DNA of 64,000 bases from Lepidodermella squamata (lineage: Eukaryota > Animalia > Gastrotricha): contig JBLDXI010000073.1 of the NCBI GenBank assembly GCA_047495785.1, positions 310,001-374,000 on the forward strand, read 5' to 3'. The translations under genes and the position numbers were made by a program. Each line of letters opens with the position of its first letter. Within the stretch, counting starts at the first letter, position 1. The notes beneath the pieces were generated by a model. It was not told where the DNA came from. It did not search any database and worked only from the letters and a program-made list of their open reading frames with translations. Positions 1 to 12,906 of this stretch are shown here, one piece after another.

Positions 1-582
1 AACAAGCTCTCCACTCTGGCTCAGAAGGCCGCAAATTAAGCCGTCGCTAAGCAGTCAAGTCGGGTTGATGAGCAAATCGAAAAATCACAACCGGGAAATA
101 AGGTTAGCAACGCGAAGAAATCTAAGCGAGCTGTGGTCGTGGATGATGACGATCCGATCGAGCAGAGGCCGTCTGAAAAGGTGGCTAAAGTAGGAGATGA
201 AATAGGTGGATGCACCTGTAAACAAGGTTGCAAGGCGAAGTCCAAGAGATGCAAGTGTAAGAACAGTGGAAAATATTGTGTTAAAGATTGTCACGGCGGG
301 AAAAAGGGCCAAAACGTGTGATTCCGTGTTATAAATTGAGTGTGTTGAGGAGAAACGGAAATAAAATATTCCCCTTGCTTTGAATTTCGTTTTTGTTTGA
401 AAATCTAGATTTTTGAGGGAGCTTTATAAAAAGATCTAGATTTTTCAGCGATTTGCTCCACTTACGTCAATAATAATAATTTGCCCTTAAATCTAGATTT
501 TTATGGAGGAATAGAAATGGAGTTGGAACTGCGCTCAGGTTATTTGATGGAGCGCGCGCGCGCAGCCGCTCGCTTACTTACA
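1..582 (+). mobile_element. 3' end of a degenerate DNA transposon (possibly Ginger2/TDD-like); C-terminal Cys-rich motif
   Basis: Frame 1 has an in-frame TAA at 37-39, then reads ...GCTCKQGCKAKSKRCKCKNSGKYCVKDCH* (stop 321), a CXC-like motif seen at the C-terminus of integrase-type transposases. Candidate ...TTACTTACA terminus at 582. The catalytic domain is outside the window. Confidence 0.35.
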
Positions 583-1979
583 ATAGAGCGTGTTACGCAA
601 CCGCTGTAGTGCATTGCCGCAAGCCGCAAGTGCTTCTGCGGTAAAACTAACGCCGCGTGCGGTAAAAATTAACATACGCGGCGGCGTTAGTTTTACCGCA
701 CGAGCATTAAGGTAACCTTATTTGCGTGCTGCGGTAAAATACTTACCGTCAAATGGAGACTTGTACCGAAACGCTAACGAGCTGTAGCCTTCAGCAGGCG
801 CAATTGATGACGATTCGCAATCAGGTATCAGGAATTACCTGAAAAACCTCCAAACCAAGAAAAATATCAAATTTACCGTTATTTGTAACATCTCTTTCTT
901 AATCCCAATCCCGATTAGACTTGGCAACTCAAAGGGTGTTAGTCATGGATGTCGCCAGATCCATTATCAGTGCTGTCTTTGTATATCCACTATATTTAAG
1001 GTCGGTGGTCGACCCTTCACCCTTCAATTAGCTGCCGTTGAATAATAAGCGCAGCGAGCTTTACCTGACGGTATTTTTGGAGATTTTTTGTCGGGAGTAG
1101 CCGGAAATCGCTTAAAAAATCCTCCTCCATTGGCCTCATAACGGGATTTCTCTAATCACCGAAGTTCCAAACCAAAATGATGGAAGATAACTATTTTTCT
1201 CAATTCCACTGAAATCATAAAATTTTAAACTGCCCGACCGAGCTGGGGTGTCGCTTCGATAAGGCTGTAATGGCGTTGCACCCTTTTTCTCGTGAGTAAG
1301 CAGTGTATCCTAAATTATGTCTATGGCGTTCGCGCACAAGTCCACATTTACCCACTGGTTACACCATTAATGTTGGGGGCCGCGCGAAAGGGGCCCCGGA
1401 ATTGAGCCTATAAAAATGCTACACCATGAACATGATGCATAATTTCGGAATTCTGGACTGCAGAGATAAAGCGGAACGCAGCTTACATGGGAAGTTTCAG
1501 CACGATAGATAGCAACACGTAGTCTTTTTGCGCAATTATTTGCGAATGGGCTTCATATCAAATTATGCTATCTGCACTTGTCATTTATTAGCTTACTATT
1601 TCGCTTGCTACAGCAAGTTTTGCTCATTTTTGCCAGCAACATTATCAAGCAATAGTTGATTTATTGGCTCCGGAATTTATCCCTGGCAGCTCCACGATCC
1701 AAGACTTTGAGCTTGGATTAAATCGTCAACCCCAATGTCAATGGTACCCGAACAAAACAAAGTTTATCAATTGCGAATTGTTAGAGTTATTTAGCGTTAT
1801 TTCGAATTAGGGTTTTTCGGAATTTAATTTGAAATTAGCGTAATTGATAATGATCATTGATCATGTGTTGTTCGTAAAGTGATTACCAGGCTTTGTACGG
1901 AAAATCACGGATAATTTAATAGTCATCACATAGACAACACTGTAACAGAAAGAGGAAACCAACGATATTTCCATAGTGA

Positions 1980-2379
1980 AGAGTGGTTTTGATTTGATTT
2001 ACACCCTATTTTCACTGATTTAGATTTAAAATGATTGATTTACGCAGAGAAGCATTTTCATTTGATTGATTTTGATATAGCTTCTGTGATGCTATCGAAA
2101 AACTTGATACCGCGGAACCAAAATCTCTCCTCCGTTTTGATGAAAATGCGCTCTGGAAAGGGATGGTTATTTCATAATCGCGTTATTTCATTCATTTCCT
2201 GAAGCTTCGAAGCCCCAGCTTCCTGAAAATCCCAATGTTTCGCGATTTATTACGATTTATGGTTGTCGATGACTTGATTGATTTTGTCCTCGAAAATTGG
2301 GACAATGATTGATTTTGATTGATTGAAGGAGGTCCGTGATTTAAGCCGTAAATCAAATAAAATCAAATCCAAAGCTCTG
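1980..2379. mobile_element. hAT-like MITE
   Basis: Imperfect TIRs (AGAGTGGTTTTGATTTGATTT / AAATCAAATCCAAAGCTCTG); flanking ATAGTGAA direct repeat at 1973-1980 and 2380-2387. Confidence 0.65.
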
Positions 2380-2747
2380 ATAGTGAATGTATTCGAGCCG
2401 TTATTGCAAAAAGGGCGGCATGCGATCACTTTTTAATAACCCAGCGCCCTATCCGGCCATTATTACAATTTTAATAAATTTAAAAATTGAAGGAAATCAA
2501 TGTCACCTAATCTAGCTTCAGAAGATGAAGCCGACTAAATCGATAGAGTTGACTTCAGAGAGCTTCGAAGAGAGCTTCGAAAATAACCCTCAACCTTCAC
2601 TGTGCCTCACCGGTGTCGTGACAATAAATCAAGCCATTTTTCATCCGATACATAATATTATGGGTCTTTCTAGTGCGTCATATTTTTCTAGTGAATAAGG
2701 TTTTCAGTTTTCAGTTCGTCTAATTTGCTTACTGCAGTTTTCGAAAG

Positions 2748-3643
2748 ATACTTTAATCCGCAGCAATTTCTTTCTTTTCGCAGCAAATTTGTTCTTTCCG
2801 CAGCAATTTTGTTTTCTCGCAGTATCACTTTCTTTTCGCAGCAAATCAACTTTTTTTCCGCAGTAAACGCTAAATGAATTACTAATTGAAATAATATAGA
2901 CACCGAACTATATTAAGGCTATTCAATATTTAAAATCACGCCAGGTGATTGTAGCGAGCACGAGCCCAAAATTTGTCGCGACTTGAGCGAGTGGAACGAT
3001 GGCTTTAGGTCGTTATAACAAATTCTTTTTCACATGTTAATCATCGCGACTTGATTAGCCGCCAAACTTAATTACTAAAATGTATGAATTATTCACGCCG
3101 TCTCCATCAACAATCGTTAGCTCTTCCGACAAGAGGCAGCAAATGCTCGAGGGTCAAATGTTTCCTACTATACCGTGAAGAAATGCCCCAAAAACCTTTA
3201 AGAAATAGCCCCACAATGTTTCTCGTTGGGCAAATCTTGATGCGGTACGAAATTTCATTTCACTCAATACCTAATGCTCGGCCGCGATAGAATTATTCGA
3301 TACCTAACTATTTTATTCGGTTATTTAACTGGTTAGGGTTAGAATTAGGGTTAGAGTTAGGGTTAGCTTAGGTTAGGTTTAGAGACTGGGTCTTAAAACC
3401 GGGAACGGATTGGTATATTTTGGTATGAGGATATTTTAAGGCTCTGAGCCGTCCTAGATTTTCATTTTCGTAGACTATAATTATTATTCCCTGTTCTTTT
3501 CCCATTTTAGTTAATAAAATTAAATTGCTGCGGAAAAAACGTTGATTTGCTGCGAAAATAAAGCGATACTGCCAGAAAAATAAATTGCTGCGGAAAGAAA
3601 AAATTTGCTGCGAAAAGAAAAAAATTGCTGCGGAAAGAAGTAC
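2748..3643. mobile_element. MITE-like element with long TIRs of TTTCCGCAGCAA repeats; internal TTAGGG-like patch
   Basis: 2748-2870 is an imperfect reverse complement of 3520-3643; degenerate GGTTAG repeats at ~3331-3385. Confidence 0.55.
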
Positions 3644-3730
3644 CGTCCCAGTTTTCGCTTGAGAAAACTAATCCATACAATCCAACACATACGACTAAAA
3701 ACCTTTCTCAGATAACTATCTATATATGAC

Positions 3731-3965
3731 AGATAAGGTGGATAAATACGAGCAAGACAACTTTGATCATTTGTTTGCACTAGATAGCTATCATGAGAAT
3801 TGAACGGTGAGGGAAATATGATAATAAATAGGCCTTTCATTGTAACCGAAATGTCGTTTCGGCAAAACTCTTGGGTGAGTGGACACGCGACCTTTTTTAT
3901 TCACCCACCACCCACCTATCCGCCCCAGGGAAAACGTTTTATTTCCACAATTTGCAATAACATAT
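3731..3965 (+). repeat. transposon-end repeat; inverted copy at 7650-7882
   Basis: AGATAAGGTGGATAAATACGAGCAAGACAACTTT... matches the reverse complement of 7650-7882 over ~230 bp. Confidence 0.7.
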
Positions 3966-4380
3966 TTCTGAATACTAGAAGCGCAACTCTATCGAATATG
4001 TCCCGTCTCATGTGTCGTCTTTTTTCCTAGCTTTTTTCTCAAGGTTGGTCACTTTTAATCGAAAAGTCTACAAAACCACTTCTCGAGAAAAACAACAAAA
4101 ATTTTTGACGGGTCGTCCAAATTATCCGTAGCCTAAATTTTCATGGCGATCATGATGGCATACTCAAAATGTACAAATAAAGCGTCTATTGGGCTGGAGA
4201 ACGTCATTGCTGGGGAACGTCATTGTAGACTTTAGGTATTAGCGTAAAAAATAAGTTAATTTTTGAAAGTTGTTATTTGTACCACAAAGGATGTTAACTA
4301 TCCCACAATAGCAATACCCAGCGTTTTTAAGCACATTTTATCGATTTTGGATGAGTTTTGGAAGTAAAAAGCAAAAATTT

Positions 4381-4579
4381 CCATTTAAAATTGGCACCTA
4401 AATCTGCATAACCATGCTTGCAAAATAGCTGGTACCTTATAAAGGCAGGATTAGGATAATTCGATCCCGCGGAGCAAGAATCTGAGGTCAGATTTGAGAT
4501 ACTGAACTGTCCTGCCTTTATAGGGTACCAGCTATTTTGCAAGCATGGTTATGCAGATTTAGGTGCCAATTTTAAATGG
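4381..4579. repeat. palindromic MITE-like hairpin
   Basis: ~68-bp near-perfect inverted arms (CCATTTAAAATTGGCACCTAAATCTGC... / ...GCAGATTTAGGTGCCAATTTTAAATGG). Confidence 0.7.
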
Positions 4580-5934
4580 CAATGCATTTTTACGGCGGGG
4601 GAGGAACCCCAAATTGCATAATTTTAATTTTTCGCACGCCCTTAACGATTTCTCCGCAACGGTGAGGAATTTTTTCCTGAGTGAGCACTCATTCTGAAGG
4701 TAATTTTGTTGGCTTCAAGTGGCTAAATGCTCGGTTGGTTGGCATCGATGGCCTTGACACAGTGCGGTTGAGAGTGAAGTGTGTCAGAAACTATGCAGCA
4801 TAAGGAGCTTTAACCCTAGGTTGATATACCCTATTTACAAACACAGTGTATTCCAAATTAGGCGTATTTGGCAAAACATTCATGAAAAATGTTATTTTCA
4901 GGGCTGAAAAGCGTGAAAACCCCGAAACATCGTAGTAATAATACAAAAATAAATCGAACGAATGATGTCTGAAGTCCATTTAATTGTGGACTTGACACAA
5001 AATTTGCGCGCGCAACAATACCTCTCTTGTGACGGGACTTTATACAACATAATCTAGATCGAATTTTGAAAAACGGATTTTACCACGAGATCGGGCGTAT
5101 CGAGTATAGTAATTTGCTCTCCTAAAGTAATTGTCGTGAAAAAGTGGACACTTTTCCTGGCGTCGATTACGTAAGAGTCATTTTGGGCAATAAAAGGTTC
5201 GGCATTATTTTCCGAAACATGGTATTATCTTATCTAGTAATACAATAAGGACATTCGCTGCAGATAGGACTTTTTGGTGGATTTTTTCATTTTTTGTTCG
5301 TGTTTTTAATGTTGTGGTTCGAGTCCTTGCGGAAGCATTCATTTTTAGCCGATTTTGACGACTTATTTTCACTTGGCATCGAATACCGCACTGACTCATT
5401 GCCATTTGTTGTCGTGTTCGAATAATTTTCATGATGCGCATAGCACTTTTGTGCCCTTTTCGAAATTATGCTATGTAGATAGCACTTCTTCAGATGAATC
5501 AGATGCATTTTCCGCTAGTCCAAACTGCTACATATATTAGTTCCGAGAATATACTTTTTGAATTTATGATTACTATCTGAGTCTCACTTTTTTATCTATT
5601 TATCGCTCGTGTATGATTCACCATTGTCCTGAATCTTTTTTACTGTCCTGCCCTCCTTGGGTGATATAATCCTTAAATAAATAAACAAAAAATAAACTAA
5701 CCATACTGACTGGTTTCTAGCTTAAATTTCAATTCAAAGTTTTCCAAAACTGAAGTGATTTTCGAGTTTGGAAACTGCAGTGACTGTTGACAGTTGACAC
5801 TGATTATCAGGATGGAATAAATGACAGCGACTAATGCAACTGCCATTCCTATTGAAATCGAGTGAAAATCGTATGCAATTTTTCCATTTAGACATTATTG
5901 GTGCTATCATCTGTCTCAATTCACGATCTGTATC

Positions 5935-6521
5935 ATGAATACCCCCAAACTGATTCCGCTGTTCCTCGTTGGAACACAACTTGTGTTTCTAGCTTCAAGT
6001 GTCAAACAGTGCTATAAATGCACTCCAAGCGAGACTATCCATTGCGGCCATCGAGAAAACTTGGAAGTGTTCGACTGTCCTCTAGATTACAACTACGCAT
6101 GTGTTTATTTCGAAGGTCTACTGTAAGAATGCTACGGTCTACATTTTCTTAATTCTTGAATCATATCGATTTAGAAGGCGGTATGCGCGGTTGCATCGAT
6201 GCAAAAGGATGCTCTGCAAGCAGATTGATGCATTGCTGTAAAGGAGAATTATGCAACAACCAAAACGCTATCTCAATACAGACTACAAGACAGTTAAGGA
6301 TCAGCTCTGGTCTAACTTCGCCGATTCCAATTGAGCTCGAATATGGACTTTCAAGCGCTGGAATAGCCGGCATAGTTTTTGCTGGGGTGGCACTGGTGTT
6401 AATATTTGCCGCTGGCCTCGTTCGCGTCAGAAAATTGCGAAGCTTGTGTCTGCGAAAAATCAAAAGCGGCGCACCAGATTGCAAAAATGAGGATGAATTG
6501 AAGGATCACCTTGAAGCTTGA
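5935..6521 (+). CDS. Ly6/uPAR (three-finger) type I membrane protein, copy 1; 2 exons
   Basis: Signal peptide, CYKC...CC-x4-CN with 10 Cys, S/T stalk, TM helix (GIAGIVFAGVALVLIFAAGLV), short basic tail. Intron ends at 6174; an in-frame join needs the donor at 6116, because the GTAAG donor at 6123 gives a frameshift. Confidence 0.75.
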
Positions 6522-7649
6522 AGCTTAGAGCATTTGCTAACTATTGAAAGATCTTTCATACCTATCCTGCATATGACTTGTTCTTCTGTATTATGAAGTT
6601 GATTTAATTCATCAGATTTGTTACGCTCTATAATATTGCGCTCGATAAATAACTAAGCAATCTTGGATGGCTCAGAATACAGAAACATTTTTCTTGTACG
6701 AATGACTCTATGAATCGAGGATCCGCAGGAATACTCTTCTATACTCCTGATACTCTCCTCTGTATCTACTAAAAGCTCGGAGACACGTAGCTAGAAAGTG
6801 CGGGAAAAAGTGATCTTGTACGCCATTTATATAGGAAAATGCGATAATAAAAAGTCCATCTTAATAAAATTGTTTCTGTATTGTACAGGAATACAGAATA
6901 ACTATTTCTTTAGTTTGCTATTACGTATGCGGACCCGCCCCTTTGGAGTTAAGTAGTTCAAAGCATTCTCTATCTCCATGCAAAAAATCATTTAAATCGG
7001 CGACACGCTCTTTGACGAAAAAATTCGTTGAAAATGAGCTATTTTTGCGCAATTTTTCGCTGAATTTTTTCAGCTTCAGAAGGGTGCCAAGGCTTGGCCG
7101 TTGCACATATCGGCCCAACCTTTTGCGATTTTGAAGTTCAAGTCCAGGTCTATTCACGAAAAAAAGGGGAATCCGATTTGAAGTAGTACAGCCGGAGAAA
7201 AGCTTTGCCGAAAATTAATGGGTTCGAGCGAGAAAAGTGCGCTAAAAAATTACGCGTGTTTTGTGAAAAGATCCGGCTTAAAAAAACCGCTTCGAATTAA
7301 TGTTTCAAGTTTCCAGCGCGAGTTTCCTCTCTTGTACTTCTGTTCTCTATGTATGCCGGTTATTAAGATTCGTAAAACGCAACGAAATGCAAGGCAGCAT
7401 AAGGACTCCGTTTTAAAAATACAGGGAGTTGCCCTAAAATTCCTAAACAAAACAGCAGAAGCTCGATGCATCTTTCACATTTCTTCCGCTGTTTTGTCGC
7501 AAAATATACAATTTCCTATTTCGTCGTATTCGCTGTTTTGTCGCGCTGTCTTATAACGCAGTGTAAACATAATCCGTATATGGTATATACGGTGGCTTCT
7601 AGTATTCCGAAATATATTATTGCGAATAAAACTTTTTCCCTGGGAATTT

Positions 7650-7882
7650 TGGAAAATAATTAAAAAGAGTAGAACAAATTACAATGGCCGAATAGGTGGG
7701 TGGTGGGTGAATAAAAAAAGTCGCGTGTCCACTTACCCAAGAGATTTTCCGAAACGACATTTCGGTTACAAAAACAAGCCTATTCATTATCATCATTTAC
7801 CCTCACCGTTCAATTATCATGAACGCAATATCTAGTGCAAACAAATAATAAAAGTTGTCTTGCTCGCATTTATCACCTTATC
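7650..7882 (-). repeat. inverted copy of the 3731-3965 transposon-end repeat
   Basis: Direct sequence comparison. Confidence 0.7.
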
Positions 7883-7939
7883 TCTCAATTATATCTGAGT
7901 CATCTGAGTCAAACGTAGAAACCTAAAACTCGTTATTCC

Positions 7940-8365
7940 CTTATCACGGATTGCTATCTCGAAGTCGTTTATTCGCTCCCACGTTAACCCTTCAGGTCCA
8001 GGTCTGGAATGATAAAACAAGTGCGAAGTCGAAATTACGGGTGATAAGACTTCGCGAATCATCGGCAGTAGGCTAACTATTCGCTGAGCCGTAGGTAATG
8101 AACAACTGTGACGCTCGCCGGCCCAGAACGGCCTACAGCATTGGATACCTGAACTATGCATAGGATACCTGAACTAGGCAACAGCGGCAAAGCTCAGCAG
8201 CAACTAGCGATTTCGCAGCCCAGTGCGTCGCGTAGGCCCAGATCGGCCGAGTTTACTGCTCGAGCTTCACGCGGACATGGCAAGATTCCGGGTCGATGCC
8301 TGTCTCAGCATCGCTGTAGCCAACGCTACGAATGACGTCACGCACCACTGCTAGGCATCATTCAT
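7940..8365 (-). pseudogene. S-adenosylmethionine synthetase (MAT) pseudogene fragment 1
   Basis: Minus strand reads VVRDVIRSVGYSDAETGIDPESCHVRVKLEQ*, then after a large deletion ...[37 protein letters not shown] and TWE; contains stops and frameshifts. Confidence 0.85.
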
Positions 8366-9284
8366 CTGGAAAAAAGGGCAAAATAATAAGCTTTTCGTTT
8401 TCGTTTCGAAATGATATAAAAGGGGCTAAAGATGATATGATTGCCATTAACAAGTTGAAAATGAAATTATCGCATCGGCTACTCGCGCTACTCGGCAGTT
8501 CCTTACGTTAACAATGGTCATGACTGAGCAATAATAGCGATGCCTTCTTTCACATTCCCTCTCTTCGTCGCCCAGTTTTTACGATAAGGTTGGTGTAGGG
8601 ACTGCACATTGGGGCACAGCCAGGGTGCTAAAAAACAAATAAATAAAGCCAATTCGCTTTGGCGCGAACAGCTGGGACAATATTGGGGATAACTCTTTGG
8701 TTCGCACAACAATGAAGCTTGCTAAAAACACGGTCATGCCATTTGAGCAGGTGGAATATTTGGCAAGTGATCTGATCTTCCCGCAGCGAGCTCGAAAATA
8801 GGTGAAGCAGTCGCGGACAGAATTTTCGTCACCAATTTTTTCTCTCACACCCAATTCAAATGAAAATTTGAGGAAAGTTTACCGCAGTTGGTTTTCACTT
8901 CTCTATCGACTGGTGAAAACCACTTTAAAACATTCCTCATGGTTGAAAAGTTATTGAAAAAATGCGAGTCAACAAAAATATTACGCATACTCTAGCTATT
9001 GCGGGCGCTTGTCACTTTTAAATTGAATGAATGCCGAAATCAGCAGCTTGGAGGTGAGATACAAAAATGAAGGCTCAAGTGAAAGAGCATCCTTAAAAAA
9101 TGTCGAGTTGTACGTGTGAATCATTGCCATTTGTGAATTTTCACACTAGAATTCGCTGGAATACTTGTACAATCCTATATCCAATGCTCCGTTATTATCC
9201 GATAATCTCGTTTATCTGTTTTTTGGTAGATCGCCCAACTTCTCTGGTTCAGTTTATTCTATTTCACAATACGGTGTCAGCTGG

Positions 9285-9820
9285 TCAATTTTGAGTCAGG
9301 GCTTTGTGAATTTCCGACTTTTTCGTTACAACTCCGGATATCAATCTGAAAGCTGAGATGTAGTCATTTCGGCTTGCATCAAAGTCATTTTGAGCTCCAT
9401 TTTGCAACAAAAACGCCACTATTTCTTCCTTGTCGCCGGGAGCCGCCAAATTCAGAGCGCTAAACCCACCTTGGCATCGATCGTTGATGTCTACATGGCC
9501 ATTTTTCAGCAGAGATCGAACTGTATCGAGATGGCCGTTGTAAGCTGCTATCATCAGAGGTGTAAACTTGTAGTCGTTTGTTAAATCTTCGTTAGGATCA
9601 CTGCCAAGCTGCTAAAGCAGCTCAATGATTTCAGTCTTTCCTATAAAAAAGGAAGAAAAATGAGTTTCCAGATGAGTTTCAAGATTTCAAGAACTAGAGT
9701 AGGTATGGCGACAAAGCAGCAACTTGGCAGAACAGCAGATGCAACACAGCTGCAAATTTTTTTATTTCTCGACCAATCAACGAAAACTTGTAAGAGATGC
9801 ACCGTGTTTCTGCTGTTATT
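9285..9820 (-). pseudogene. orphan duplicate of exon 2 (plus intron part) of the RING-ANK gene at 25086-26904
   Basis: Closely matches 25086-25780 apart from the MITE there; acceptor at 9641, premature TAG at ~9612 (LLL->LL*), no exon 1 upstream. Confidence 0.85.
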
Positions 9821-9840
9821 TCGATATTCTTGACTCAAGA

Positions 9841-10368
9841 ATGCTTCCGTATTGAAGGATCAAAGTCAACGTTGTCACGTGATATGAAAAGCTAGTTCTG
9901 AGGCGTTATTTTTTTCGTTGCTTCGTCGTTTCGTCGTTTCGTCACTTCGTAATCCTTTACAAAAAAACTGACGAAAGAAAAAAGTGGGGGGAAAGGAGGA
10001 TTGGAACCCGGGACCACTGGGTTATGACGCACAAGGCGAAACCACTGAGCAATAGTGCTGGGTCATGGTAGTCATCTTCGTTCGGCATTTTTATATACTA
10101 AACAAACGCTACGTTAAGCGTTTTTTGCCGGTTGTAGATAGAAAGCCTCCTATTGTATAGTGGCTAAAATCCATGGTTCTGATCCTTGAGGTTCCGGGTT
10201 TGAATCCTCCTTTTTCTCCATTTCTTTTTCTTTCGCCAGTTTTTTTTGTAAAAGATGACGAAGTGACGAAACGACGAAACGACGAAGCAACGAAAATTAT
10301 AACGCCTCAGAACTAGCCATTCATATCTCGTGACAACGTGGACTTTGATCCTGCAATACGGAAGCATA
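9841..10368. mobile_element. MITE with ~180-bp TIRs containing (TTCGTCGT)n and tRNA B-box-like motifs
   Basis: ATGCTTCCGTATTGAAGGATCAAAGTC... / ...GACTTTGATCCTGCAATACGGAAGCAT; related pieces at ~37820-38030 and ~40095-40480. Confidence 0.75.
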
Positions 10369-10476
10369 ATGGCCTCGCTACTGGGATTTCTGCCTGCGAT
10401 TCTTTGTAATTTGCACATAGTACCTATAAAAGTTTCCTGATTCAACAGAAGCTGCGAGCAGAGCTGTATGAAAATG

Positions 10477-10585
10477 TTGTGCCATCATCTAAACTGATGC
10501 AACCTTACGCAATCTGCTAATCCGAATACGTAAGGTTTAGCGTGTACGAATACGTAAGGTTGCATCAGTTTGGATGACGGCACAA
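10477..10585. repeat. short palindromic element
   Basis: TGTGCCATCATCTAAACTGATGCAACCTTACG / CGTAAGGTTGCATCAGTTTGGATGACGGCACA. Confidence 0.65.
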
Positions 10586-11689
10586 AAGGGGGTGCTAAGG
10601 CGCCGGAGTGCAGAAAGACAATTTTTCTGACCTATTGATTTTTCATCTATTTCTGAGTAATTCGACTACGCTGAGTTCAGCGTGATTTACAGAATCGTTC
10701 TGGTCTTAGTATGTTTTCATCTACAAGATAGGCATCGCTAGGACGACGCCGCGGCCGCGCACGCCCAGCTAACGAACGAACGACCGGTGGGCTTATTAGC
10801 TGGCGCGATGCCTCTCGGCTCTCGGATTTATAAACCGCTAGAAATTTCCGCGGCTACAGGCGTGCACGTACACGGAGCGTAAAATTGCTGCTGAATGCAA
10901 ATGACCATAGATCCAAAAGATGATCCAAATCAACATTGTTGGCTAGTTGGCCATTTTGAATTAATTTGCCGTAAAAAATATCCTTTCGTCCAAAAACTTT
11001 CGGATCCTTTAGAAAAAATGACTTCCTCATTCAGCTTTGCTTAGATATGGCTTACCACTCTAAGCAACGTCTCCTGGTAACTTGGAAAATCGCTGCTAGG
11101 CAATTATGATTTAGGATTCATCGCTAGGACTTTTACAGCCGCCTTTAGTTGAATACCTACATAATTGCATGACACACAGCCCGAGCCCGTGCACCAATTG
11201 AGAGAGCTGATTAGCTGTTAGCTGGCAGCCATATTTGACGATACAACGGAACCAATTTCGCAAAAATCTTTATTTATTCCATGGGTTGAAGTATGTGTTG
11301 AAGTATTTTTAAATGCAAAAAACTCGAAAATCGTTGTTCATTCGCAGTCTCAAAAAGCTCAAAAAGTGAACACATAAAAGCCGAAAAATCTTGGTTGTTT
11401 GGTTGGTGAGATAACACCGCGTGGCCGTCAAGTTTCCTCCAATTATGATTATGATACCTCCAACAATGATTTGATTTTTTAAGGAACCCTGCTCTGACCT
11501 TCTGACCTTCTTTCAACGCCGAGGTGCGTGCGGCACAAGTAGTTTGAGCATAGGTTCAGGATTGAATATACACCAACTAGTCGATGGTTTTAGTTCGTTT
11601 TCCCGACGGAATTCTCGGAAATTCCTAGAAAATCAGGATGAAATCATCCGCTCCAAGCTCCAGGTTCCCTCCCAATATCAAAAAGTAGC

Positions 11690-11908
11690 TCTTTATGTTG
11701 AGAATCTACTTTCGTGAACAACTTCAATTCAACTTTCTTCGAAGCAATTGTTATGGTTTATTTTTAAATCCTAACAATTTTCTTCTACAACACTTTTCCT
11801 GTCCTAAATGTGATCCTGTCCTGCAATTATATGTTGTTTTCCTTATACTTTGTCAAGCTTCCCTCTTTGGGTGTAATAGCTTCTAAATAAATAAATAAAT
11901 AAATAAAT
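11690..11908 (+). mobile_element. probable 5'-truncated LINE 3' end with (TAAA)n tail
   Basis: CTTTGGG...CTAAATAAATAAATAAAT tail resembles the 3' end of the LINE at 16218-19040 and a similar end at ~5650-5690. Confidence 0.45.
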
Positions 11909-12167
11909 TTTGACTGGTACAACTCTGACAACTCTTTGGTAATGTTAATGCCATAGAGAAAAAAATGACCAGAGTAAGCACTCAAGATTAGCGCGTACAG
12001 TCGAACTTTTTTCGACTGCACGCGCTAATCTTTTTACTCAAACTATCGAAAACAAGTTAACTATCAGTAAGCACTCAAGCTAAAATTTTGATCTGCGTTA
12101 TTATAGAAGTGCGTTCTCAAAACGGATATCTCCGTTTTTTACCAAATTTTGCATGCCTCTAGAACGC

Positions 12168-12326
12168 GAGCTGCTCTTTCACGTGGTATAAGATTTGAGG
12201 TGGGAAATTGCTGCTCAGTCTTGAACTCATCAAAACTAATAAAACCATAGTGAAAACGAGGTTTTTGTATCGCAACAACGGTTGGGTTGTCCACCTCAAA
12301 TCTTATACCACGTGAAAGAGCAGCTC
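12168..12326. repeat. inverted repeat within a degenerate DNA-transposon remnant
   Basis: GAGCTGCTCTTTCACGTGGTATAAGATTTGAGGTGG / CCACCTCAAATCTTATACCACGTGAAAGAGCAGCTC. Confidence 0.65.
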
Positions 12327-12906
12327 GTTGAATTTTTAACTCTCCCCGGTATATCTATAAGACCGAAATTAAGTTAAAAGTGGGTTTTGTCGAAAATTGT
12401 GACTAGTGAGAGTTTTGTGCCGATTTTAGTATTATTGAAAATCCGACACACTATAAATTCAGATGCTAATTCATTTTTGCACTATCAATATTTCCATGGG
12501 TAATCTGAGGTGAGGAATCTCGCTTTATATTCTAAAATTATGTTGGGATCAAGCTGGTGTCTGTAGGACAACCTGAATCGCTGACACTTTCCAGGACATC
12601 TCTGGGGGTTTCCTTGTTTTAAGGAGGATGGGAGCATCCTAGAGGTCTGAATTCTAAATCCTCAAGAAAAAATTGAGCTAATACGACTAGGAATTCGAGA
12701 ATCGTCCCTCTTCAAGTAACAAAATACAGAAAATACGCCAAGCCCTACTTTTCACTTTTTTCGGTCATATCTTACATCTATACTTACGTCTATGACATAA
12801 GCTCACAATTTGAGGGGTAATTCAATATCATGCCTACAATATTTAGATTATCGCCTTTCAAAACTCTACTTACTATCTGATTTTTCGGAATTACTGGATT
12901 GTGGCC

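Noticed and set aside
8518-8854. Possible upstream MAT exons or another gene
   Set aside because: No MAT or other recognisable motifs in any frame I read.
9985-10050. tRNA gene
   Set aside because: Only a B-box-like motif inside MITE arms; no complete cloverleaf is evident.
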